64,000 bases of DNA from Planctomycetota bacterium (GTDB lineage Bacteria; Planctomycetota; SZUA-567; H5-PLA8): the NCBI GenBank assembly GCA_045863855.1, contig BTVV01000006.1, positions 1 to 64,000 of the forward strand. The letters run 5' to 3'. Below are positions 1-10,458 of the stretch, piece after piece. Position 1 is the first letter of the stretch. Each line of letters starts with the position of its first letter. A program made the position numbers and the translations under genes. The notes below the pieces were generated by a model. It was not told the origin of the DNA, searched no databases, and saw only the letters and a list, made by a program, of their open reading frames with translations.

Positions 1-30
1 GCTCTGAGTACTCCGTGGTGAAAGCACCCG

Positions 31-1809
31 TTATTCCATGGGCGCGCCGGGCGGCCAGACGCCGAGGTCGGGCCGGTAGAAGGTCGGGTTATCCGGGGCT
101 TCGCTGCCTTTGCGGTGAAATTCTTCGAGGTATTTCCCGGCGCGTGCGGCGAGCGTGGGATCGGCGAGAATGTCTTCCATCGAGGCCAGCGTGCGGTCGT
201 CGCGCAGGTAATAAAAACGCCCAACCGACGGATCGAGATGCACCCACTTGCCGCCGAATTCCACGACCGTGGTGATGTGCCCCGGAATGCCGACTCGCGT
301 GGCGCGATAGGGCTTGCCGGTGGCTTCGCATTTCATTTTTTCGACCAACCCCACCAGCGCCGCGGCAAAGGCGCAGCATTGTCCGCTTCCGAAGCGCAGG
401 ATGCTGAGCGACGAGAGCTGCGTCGAGAGCGAGGTGGGGACGTTGGCGTAAGTCATGACCGCGGTCTGGTGGACGAAGAAATTCGCGCCCAGCAGGCGGT
501 CGGTGTCGTTATCGAAGCTCGCGTAAAGCCAATCGGCGATGCGCTGGAGTGCGCCAGGCTTCATCAGATCGAACGAGACGGAGCCGTCTACCGCGGCCAG
601 CGTGAAATCGCTCGGCGCGCCCTGAGCCGTGGTCTTACGCGCGAAGCGCGGCAGCGCGCAGAGAATAAAGCGGCGCTTCCTCTGCATGAATTGCGGATCG
701 CCGGGCAGCGGATTCGGCGCGGGCGTTTCGCGGCGGTCGTCGAGTTGGAGCAGTATCCCCTGGCCGCGCCCGAAGCGATAGCTCGCGCTCCAAAGGGGCG
801 CTCCGGCGGCGTCGCTCAGTTCGAGATGCAGCGTCTGCCACTTGTAGTCTTCGGGGTCGAGCGGGTAAGCGAACGGCACGCGCTGCGGCTCGCCGTGGGC
901 GCTTATTGCAATCGGCTGGCGGTTTTCGAAAAAACGCTCGGACTCGTCTTCGCGGCAGTTGACCGCCACGCGCAGCGAGCCCTGCAGCGCCGTGCCGCTC
1001 AAGTTGCGCACATACAGCGCGCCGCGGTTTTCCCAAAGTTTCACTTCGCCGAGATCGACTTCCTCCGCGTGCACGCGTGGCGCCTCGCCGCAGACGAGTT
1101 CCCCGAAGGCCCACGGCGCGTGCGGGCCGATGTGCGTGTGGTTCCACAAGCTCACCGGGTGCCGGCCGTCGCGGCGGCTGCGCAGGACGTTGAAGCCCCA
1201 GGGGCGTCCCACGCGCGGCGCGCCGCCGACGCATGCGAAGGGGATCGTAAAGAGCGCGCGCCAGCCGTGAGCATCCGCGGAGACTTCGCCGCGCCAGCCC
1301 GCTTGGCCCAGTTCCTCGGACTTCTGTTTGCGCTCCCAGCGCATGCTGTCCAACGGGCGCGAACTCTTGAAGGCCGTTGCGTAACCGCCGCCGGTCAGCG
1401 CGAACTGATAATAATGCTGGTGGTCGTGCGCCGGATCGAGAAAGACCTCCACGCAGTCGGCCCGGTAGTAGGCATGCGCGAATTCCGGATGCGCGGGTGC
1501 AGGCCGGCAGGCGAAGCGCACGTACAGGTGCTCGGCATCCGAGGCGAGCGTCACGGACGTATCCCCGTCGAAGCCGTCCGAAAGACGCTCGGCGATCAAC
1601 GCACCGGCGTCGGGTAGATCGTTCCAGCGCGGGTCGTCGCAGCCGTTGGGGGTCCACTCGATGCGTGGCGCGACGGCCAGGCGCGCAAGCGGAAGGTGCA
1701 TCTGCGTCAGAATTTCGGCCTGCCGAATTTCCTGCGCGTGCACACGGCGGAGATTCTCGGCGCTGAAAAAAGTAAGACTGGCGGGAAGCGGAGCCGGCAT
1801 GGAGGTCAT
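31..1809 (-). CDS. CBM9/DOMON-like sugar-binding domain fused to C-terminal transglutaminase-like (Cys-His-Asp) domain
   Basis: N-half has DCVEVFLDP, YYQFAL, W..LFTIPF, WGFNVLR (CBM9-like). C-half has GQCCAFA, GHITTVVE, WVHLDP. Likely ATG at 1809 or 1800 rather than ORF start 1899. Confidence 0.65.
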   Translation of the reverse strand: MTSMPAPLPASLTFFSAENLRRVHAQEIRQAEILTQMHLPLARLAVAPRIEWTPNGCDDPRWNDLPDAGALIAERLSDGFDGDTSVTLASDAEHLYVRFACRPAPAHPEFAHAYYRADCVEVFLDPAHDHQHYYQFALTGGGYATAFKSSRPLDSMRWERKQKSEELGQAGWRGEVSADAHGWRALFTIPFACVGGAPRVGRPWGFNVLRSRRDGRHPVSLWNHTHIGPHAPWAFGELVCGEAPRVHAEEVDLGEVKLWENRGALYVRNLSGTALQGSLRVAVNCREDESERFFENRQPIAISAHGEPQRVPFAYPLDPEDYKWQTLHLELSDAAGAPLWSASYRFGRGQGILLQLDDRRETPAPNPLPGDPQFMQRKRRFILCALPRFARKTTAQGAPSDFTLAAVDGSVSFDLMKPGALQRIADWLYASFDNDTDRLLGANFFVHQTAVMTYANVPTSLSTQLSSLSILRFGSGQCCAFAAALVGLVEKMKCEATGKPYRATRVGIPGHITTVVEFGGKWVHLDPSVGRFYYLRDDRTLASMEDILADPTLAARAGKYLEEFHRKGSEAPDNPTFYRPDLGVWPPGAPME

Positions 1810-2360
1810 CTCCGAATACGGGATGAATGAACTGCATGTATGCACTTGGCTATTATATACCCGATCGACGGGTCGTTGCGCCAGTCCGATCTGCGGCACA
1901 TTAATTAGGGTTATATTTGTATTGGCATTCGATCATATTAGGGTATGTGTGCACCCAACTCTTGAAGTTAAAGGCCGCTTCACGCATTGATTTTATACCG
2001 TCCAAGTCGGGTCTTAACTACATTCAGAAGGCCCGCCAAGGGCTCTACCCATAGTGAACTAAGACTAGGAGTTACTTTGGTTTTTGGAAACTAAAGTCAG
2101 TGCGGTCGTGAGCGATTCGCCTGCAACAGGATGCGCGATACGCGTCAACGAAGGCGGGTTGTTCAATTCGTGTATGACCCAAGTGTTCGCTTCTTCACCC
2201 TAATATGCTCTAGGCTTGTTCAACCCTTGCCAGAGGCACAGAGCACGGGTATACCTCTGCCTTTCCATCGTACGCACATGGGCAATGATAGTCACCCGCG
2301 AAGGCTCAAGCGGTTCGATCGCGAACAATTCATGCGGTTCGACTCATGGAGGTAGCAAGC

Positions 2361-4991
<2,631 letters not shown>

Positions 4992-5002
4992 CCGAGGTGT
5001 CG

Positions 5003-5392
5003 ATGGACGGCCGAGACATTGCTTTGTATGCCGCTCGAGCGGCGAACGACAAGATGGCCGAAGACATCGTGGTCTACGACCTGCGTGGGCTCTCCGACGT
5101 CACGGACTATTTTGTGATCGCTTCGGTGCAGTCCAAGCTTCAGGCCAAAGCCGTCCTTCGCGGGATCGAAGATATCCTGCGGCCCCAAGGTGAGCGGCCC
5201 ATGAGCCGCGAAGGCAGCGCCGACGGCCAGTGGCAGCTCCTCGATTACGTCGATGTCGTAATTCACGTCTTCTCTACCGAGATGCGTGAGTACTACAACC
5301 TCGAAGCCCTCTGGGGCGACGCGCCGCAGGTCGAATGGAACGACGAACCCGCCGAAGTCAAAGCTTCCGCCCGCGCCCGTAGCCGGGGGTAA
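5003..5392 (+). CDS. rsfS: Ribosome silencing factor RsfS (Iojap)
   Basis: K.AEDIVVYDLRGLSDVTDYFVIAS and WQLLDYVDVVIHVF...REYYNLEALWGDA; ATG 5003 after GAGGT. Confidence 0.95.
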   Translation: MDGRDIALYAARAANDKMAEDIVVYDLRGLSDVTDYFVIASVQSKLQAKAVLRGIEDILRPQGERPMSREGSADGQWQLLDYVDVVIHVFSTEMREYYNLEALWGDAPQVEWNDEPAEVKASARARSRG

Positions 5393-5469
5393 GCCGCGGA
5401 CGCATTCGGCGCGCGCCGAAGTCCGTAGCCTGCCCCTGCATTCCGCTTTAACCTCCGCTACGGGAGCGT

Positions 5470-6102
5470 ATGGCCATGTACACGCCGCAAGCTTTTTTAG
5501 AAACCGATCCGTCCGTCTGGAGCGAACTGGTGGGCACGCACGCCTTCGCCACGCTGATCACGCACGATCCGCGGCAAGGCGCACCCTTCGCGACGCACCT
5601 TCCGTTCCTGTACGACGACTCGCGCGGCCCCTTCGGCACGCTGTACGGGCACGTCGCGCGCGCAAATGCGCAGTGGACGCACGGCGACTCGGCGCTGGCG
5701 GTATTTCTGGGCGCGCACGCGTACGTCTCGCCGCGCTGGTACGCGGCCGAATTTTCCGTGCCGACCTGGAATTACGAGGCGCTCCACGCCTACGGGCGGT
5801 TGAATATCTTGAACGATGCGATCTCGGTGCGCGCGGTGCTCGACCGCTTCGTGGCGCGCTACGAGGCGGGTCGGCCGAATCCCTGGAGCGTGCCGTGGGT
5901 GGACGAGCGGTACGTAAAGCTGCTCGATGCGCTGGTCGCCTTCGAACTTCCCGTCGAACGCGTCGAGTGCAAGCGCAAGCTCAGCCAGAACCGGACCCCC
6001 GCCGATCAATGGGGCGCGATCGAGGCGCTGGCCGCCAGCGCCGAGCCGGGCGACCGTGCGTTGGCTGAGCGCATGCGGCGCACCGCGCCGCCGCGGCCGT
6101 GA
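5470..6102 (+). CDS. paiB: FMN-binding negative transcriptional regulator, PaiB family
   Basis: MYTP..F, ATHLPF, GHVARAN.QW, HAYVSPRWY, VPTWNY, KLSQNR motifs. Confidence 0.9.
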   Translation: MAMYTPQAFLETDPSVWSELVGTHAFATLITHDPRQGAPFATHLPFLYDDSRGPFGTLYGHVARANAQWTHGDSALAVFLGAHAYVSPRWYAAEFSVPTWNYEALHAYGRLNILNDAISVRAVLDRFVARYEAGRPNPWSVPWVDERYVKLLDALVAFELPVERVECKRKLSQNRTPADQWGAIEALAASAEPGDRALAERMRRTAPPRP

Positions 6103-6198
6103 TGCACCGCATGCTTGCCTTTCGCGAATTACGTTTTACGTTTCAGGCGCCGGACCTAACCTTGCTTCGTTGAGCCCTGCTGAATGGGAATAGGCCGC

Positions 6199-7251
6199 AT
6201 GAAGAAAATCCGGGTATCCATCGTGGGCGCCAGCGGGCTGGTCGGGGAAGGCCTGATCAAGGCGCTGTTGGGCCATCCGCATTGCTCGCTGAGCCTGCTG
6301 GTCAGCGAGCACGCGGCGGGGAAGTCCGTAGGCGAACTGCTCCCCGTGCTGGCGGGCGAATGCGATCTCAAGACGGTGAGCGCGACGCCGGCCGAGGTCG
6401 CGAAAGCCAGCGACGTGGTCTTCTGCGCCAAGAAGGGCAGCGAGACCTTTGCCTGGGTTCCGGGGCTGCTCGAAGGCGGAGCGAAGGTCATCGATATTGG
6501 CGGCGAGTTTCGCTTCCGCGACGCGGCCGTCTACGAGGAGTGGTACAAAGAGCCGCACGGCTGCAAGGGTCTGCTGGAGCGCGCCGTGTGGGGCTTGCCG
6601 GAACTGCAGAAAGAGGCGATCCGCGCGGCGGCGCTGGTGGGAAACCCCGGCTGCTACGTGACGAGCGCGGTGCTGGCACTGGCGCCTTTCGCCGCCGCGG
6701 GGCTGGTCGAGGATGCCGGGCTGATCGTCGACAGCTATTCGGGCCTGTCCGGCGCGGGGCGGCAGTTCAACGCCAAGCTTTCCAATCTCTTCGTCGACAT
6801 CGACGAAAACTTGCGCGCCTACGGGGTGGGAAACCACAAGCACACGCCGGAGATCGAGCAAGGCCTGCGCATCGCGGCCGGGCGCGAAATCAAGGTTACC
6901 TTCGTACCGCACTTGGCGCCGCTGGACCGCGGCATCCTCACCACCGCGTTTGCGCGCCCCAAGCCGGGCTTGACGACCGCCCGGGCGCTGGAGGTTCTGA
7001 AGGCGTTTTACACGCCCGAGCGCGCGCCGTTCGTGCGCGTGCGCGAGAAGGTCGGCGACGTAAACATCCGCGACGTGGCCTTCACCAACTACTGCGACGT
7101 CTCGGCGCAGGTGGTGGAGCGCTCGGGCATGCTGGTCGTCGCCAGTACGTTGGATAATCTGGTCAAAGGCGCCGCCGGACAGGCGCTTCAGAACCTCAAC
7201 CTGATGTGCGGCTTCGACGAAACGCTGGGCCTGAAAGGGCGCGGGTTGTAG
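6199..7251 (+). CDS. argC: N-acetyl-gamma-glutamyl-phosphate reductase
   Basis: IVGASG Rossmann motif, GLPE, NPGCY catalytic Cys, SGLSGAGR, HKHTPEI, FVPHLAPLDRGI, DNLVKGAAGQALQNLN; alternative ATG at 6184. Confidence 0.96.
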   Translation: MKKIRVSIVGASGLVGEGLIKALLGHPHCSLSLLVSEHAAGKSVGELLPVLAGECDLKTVSATPAEVAKASDVVFCAKKGSETFAWVPGLLEGGAKVIDIGGEFRFRDAAVYEEWYKEPHGCKGLLERAVWGLPELQKEAIRAAALVGNPGCYVTSAVLALAPFAAAGLVEDAGLIVDSYSGLSGAGRQFNAKLSNLFVDIDENLRAYGVGNHKHTPEIEQGLRIAAGREIKVTFVPHLAPLDRGILTTAFARPKPGLTTARALEVLKAFYTPERAPFVRVREKVGDVNIRDVAFTNYCDVSAQVVERSGMLVVASTLDNLVKGAAGQALQNLNLMCGFDETLGLKGRGL

Positions 7252-7274
7252 CCTCGCGCGAACGGGATACGCCG

Positions 7275-7583
7275 ATGAAGAAGCTCACCGTGTACATCAA
7301 GCCGTTTCGGCTGGAGACGGTGCTGGAGCAGCTTCCCGCCGAAGGGGTGGTGGAGGTGCTGATCGGCGAAGTGCGCGGCTACGGCCGCCAGAAGGGGCAT
7401 CTCGAAAAGTACCGCGAGCACGAATACGAGTTGACCTTCCTGCCCAAAGCGCGGCTGGAAATCTTCGTCGAAGACGAAGCGTTCGCGGCGGTGGAAGAAG
7501 CGATCCGTTCGGCCGCGCGCACCGGACGCATCGGAGACGGTAAGATCCTGGTCTGTGGCGTGGAGCAGGTCGAGGCGATCTGA
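7275..7583 (+). CDS. P-II family nitrogen regulator, C-terminally short form
   Basis: MKK...IKPFRL, EVRGYGRQKGH, Y...EY...FLPK, ARTGRIGDGKI; ATG at 7275. Confidence 0.9.
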   Translation: MKKLTVYIKPFRLETVLEQLPAEGVVEVLIGEVRGYGRQKGHLEKYREHEYELTFLPKARLEIFVEDEAFAAVEEAIRSAARTGRIGDGKILVCGVEQVEAI

Positions 7584-7609
7584 CGCCGCCGGCGCTCGCG
7601 TCCCTAAAG

Positions 7610-7640
7610 CGAACGCCCAAGCCATGGGCTTGGGCGTTCG
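7610..7640. terminator. Perfect 14-bp hairpin between convergent genes
   Basis: CGAACGCCCAAGCC-ATG-GGCTTGGGCGTTCG between P-II and the Ig-like protein gene; no U-tract. Confidence 0.6.
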
Positions 7641-7665
7641 ATCGGCCGCTAAAGCGTCTCGTTCG

Positions 7666-10116
7666 TTATTTCAGGTTCAGCGAAGTACCGTGCCGGAACA
7701 TCGTCACCGTATAGCGGAAGTCGTAGCCGTTGATCGGCAGATCGGTGGCGTTGTCTACGACGCGGAAGACGACGCTGATATCGAACGGATGCACCGCGTT
7801 GATGACCAGCCCCGGATCGGCGCCGCCTGGATCCTGCGCACCTTGAATGATCGCCGCGTTGGTCGCCGGGGCGCGCGTTTTGATGATGAACGCGCCCGTC
7901 TTGTTGTTGACCTGGAACAACTGGACTGGAATCGTTGCGGACTTGGTCTTGATCGCAAATCCGGTCGCACTGACTTTCGCGAAGTCGGCAGTCTCCATCG
8001 GATCGACATGCAGGACGCATTGCCCGCCCAAGAGCATTTCCAACCGATTGTTCGCATCGAGCAATCCGGTGAGGTCGATCGGTGCTCGGTCGGGGGCGCG
8101 AATGAAGCCCTTCAAGGTCAGCGCCAAGGTGTCGCTTGCGGTCGTCGGGTCGAAGACGATCCGGCCGCTGGCCGCGTTGACCATGAACTGTCCGATGCCC
8201 GTCGTGGCCGCCAAGGGCCCCTTGGGCAACGACAGGAGGCCCACGCTGCTCCTCTGAGTAAAGTCGAAGGTGACGATCTCGTCGAAGCGCAGCGCCAAGT
8301 TGCCGGAGCCGCCGGTGATCGATACCGTCATCGGAATTTCCAGCAGCGGGTAGGTACCAGCCAATACCGCTATATCGGTGGCATCCGCCAGCGTGTCTTT
8401 CAGGTCGAGGCCGGCCATGAAGATCTTGATCAGGCCGGTGTTGGGATTGAAATTATCCACGAGCACGCGCGCATCGCCCGCATATAAGTTCGTCGGCTGG
8501 CCCGACAGCAACTTGGGCGGCCAACTGACCCCGCCCCCAATGCCCAATGCCAGCGTGCCGGAGATGTGCTCGGAGAGCGTGAAGGTGTCCTCGCCCTGTC
8601 CGATCACGATTTCCAGGGTGGCGCCGTTCAACTGCGCACCGCTCCTTAGGATGTCCTTCGCCACGAACATGCTCAGCCGCAACTGGTCGGCTGAGAGCTT
8701 CCCGAAGTCGATGCGGCCGCTGGCTTGGGTCAGGACGAACTGACTGGTCACCGGACCGGGATTGATGCGCAGGAAGAACTGCTGCGTAATGCGGTCTTCT
8801 TCGTCGCCGGTGTCGGAGTTGTACTTGATCATTTCGATCAAGAAGGTGTAGTCGCCCGCGCGGCTGGGCGTGCCCGAGATCAGGCCGTCGATGCTGATCG
8901 ACATGCCTTCGGGCAACTGCGGGCTGTCCTGGTCGAGGAAGAATTCGACGTCCGGCGGCGTGAAGGCTTCGTAAGTGATGCGCCAGATATCGCCGTCGTG
9001 AATGTTGTCCTGAGTGGTGTCGCTGTCGGGAGGAGCATTGGCCAAGACCGGATTGGACAAGTTGATGATGATGCCCAAACTGCCCACGCAAAGCTGCGGC
9101 ACCAGGAAGACCGGGGTCGTGACGCCTTGGACGAAGGTGGGATCGAAGACGTCCAGGAAGACCTGCTGCGTGCTGCCCGCCAAACCGATGTCGTTGCTGG
9201 ATGTAACCACTAAATCCAGAAAAACGGCACTGCCGCCCAAGGTTCCCGAAAGCTCATCCACCTCGAAGGTGTAGGTAGCCGAACCGTTCAAACCCGAGTG
9301 AATGCCCGACGCATTGGGAGTAATGAAGCCCGCAAAATTGGAAGCATCCCCGACGCTGATGGGAGTAAAGGTCGTGCTCAACGAGCCGCCGCCGAAGCGG
9401 TCGCCGCCGTTGGCGTGAAGCTGGTATTGGTACGGGCTGCGCTGCAAGCCCGTAGGCAGGTCGTTCATCAACATGTCCGCGCTGCTGTCCGTCGGAAAGG
9501 CAATCGGGGGCGGGAAGCGCACGCCTCCGCTGCCCACCGTGGAAGGGGTGACAACGTTGGTTGCGTCTTCGATGAAGGGCAACCCGCCTTCAAGGATGGG
9601 TTCAACGGTCATGCAGTAGATGATGTCTTCGAGGTTCTTGGCCAACGGATCGGGATTCTGATCTTCCACACGAATGGTGAACATCACGTCATTCACGGGA
9701 AGGCAACTGGCATCGTAATCCGCATACAAAATGGCACCGTCGTGGACCTCCGGCGTGGGAGCGCGCAGAATACCGGTCAAAATTCCCGTGGCACTGTCGA
9801 TGGATAAGGTGCAGTTGTCGGGAAGCGGAGCGACCGTCGAAAACTCGTAGGGCGGATAACCGTCCCGTACGTTGATGCGCCGCGTAAATTGCCGATTGAC
9901 CACCGCATCGCCCAAGTCGTAGCAAGCCGGGAGCGTATCGGTGTCCGATCCCGTGATGACCACAAACTCAGGCAACGTGCAGGTCGGAGGATCCTCAATT
10001 GCCCGCCCGCCCACCTCGGGCGTGGCCAGCGCATAAGTGAAGCCCAGCGCCGCCAGGAGCACGCCCATGGCCAAAGGTGCGCTGGCCCGGTTCAGAATGG
10101 CTTTTAACATCTTCAA
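7666..10116 (-). CDS. Large secreted/surface protein with putative Ig (He_PIG-like) domains
   Basis: N-terminal signal peptide; GYPPYEFS..LP..LSIDSATGILTG and YQYQLHANGG...LPEGMSISIDGLISGTPSRAGDYTF motifs; SD GGAGGA upstream (ATG 10110 or TTG 10116). Confidence 0.7.
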   Translation of the reverse strand: MKMLKAILNRASAPLAMGVLLAALGFTYALATPEVGGRAIEDPPTCTLPEFVVITGSDTDTLPACYDLGDAVVNRQFTRRINVRDGYPPYEFSTVAPLPDNCTLSIDSATGILTGILRAPTPEVHDGAILYADYDASCLPVNDVMFTIRVEDQNPDPLAKNLEDIIYCMTVEPILEGGLPFIEDATNVVTPSTVGSGGVRFPPPIAFPTDSSADMLMNDLPTGLQRSPYQYQLHANGGDRFGGGSLSTTFTPISVGDASNFAGFITPNASGIHSGLNGSATYTFEVDELSGTLGGSAVFLDLVVTSSNDIGLAGSTQQVFLDVFDPTFVQGVTTPVFLVPQLCVGSLGIIINLSNPVLANAPPDSDTTQDNIHDGDIWRITYEAFTPPDVEFFLDQDSPQLPEGMSISIDGLISGTPSRAGDYTFLIEMIKYNSDTGDEEDRITQQFFLRINPGPVTSQFVLTQASGRIDFGKLSADQLRLSMFVAKDILRSGAQLNGATLEIVIGQGEDTFTLSEHISGTLALGIGGGVSWPPKLLSGQPTNLYAGDARVLVDNFNPNTGLIKIFMAGLDLKDTLADATDIAVLAGTYPLLEIPMTVSITGGSGNLALRFDEIVTFDFTQRSSVGLLSLPKGPLAATTGIGQFMVNAASGRIVFDPTTASDTLALTLKGFIRAPDRAPIDLTGLLDANNRLEMLLGGQCVLHVDPMETADFAKVSATGFAIKTKSATIPVQLFQVNNKTGAFIIKTRAPATNAAIIQGAQDPGGADPGLVINAVHPFDISVVFRVVDNATDLPINGYDFRYTVTMFRHGTSLNLK

Positions 10117-10208
10117 AACGTCCTCCCGTAGGGGTTACGGCGCCTGGCGACAAATCGCACAGACTTTCTCGTAGCCCTTAAGAGTAAACAACTTAGCTCA
10201 AGATAGCT

Positions 10209-10237
10209 CTTGTAGTCACTGCCACCAGTCCTGTCAA
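10209..10237 (-). promoter_or_regulatory. Putative sigma70 promoter of the Ig-like protein gene
   Basis: TTGACA (10237-10232), 17-nt spacer, TACAAG (10214-10209). Confidence 0.4.
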
Positions 10238-10458
10238 GCCTGCGCCCGGCAAGACGGCTTGGCGACCAGAGCTAGAGCATGCAGAACACCCCCGCGCAGG
10301 TTCGGCTCTGCACCTGGGGAACCCCCGCTCCCAGGTTCTGTGCAGCCTAGACCCGATTGAGCTTGAATCCCTAGATGATTTCTCGGCGATTTTCGGCTGG
10401 AGCGATATTGGAAATCTTTGCACTAGAGCAAGTTCTGTTAATCGTGCTGCACGTAGGC

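Noticed and set aside
115..1617. Long antisense or alternate-frame ORFs (also 2988-4847, 29928-32243, 34325-35902, 47684-49531 and others)
   Set aside because: Shadow ORFs expected in high-GC DNA; they overlap well-supported genes and lack motifs.
2281..2345. GGCAATGATAGTCACC resembles a fluoride riboswitch 5' end upstream of a PPase
   Set aside because: P1 pairs poorly, and the downstream conserved segment and pseudoknot partner are missing.
10270..10345. Hairpins upstream of the Ig-like protein gene as a possible riboswitch
   Set aside because: They lie upstream of the predicted promoter and match no aptamer consensus I recognise.
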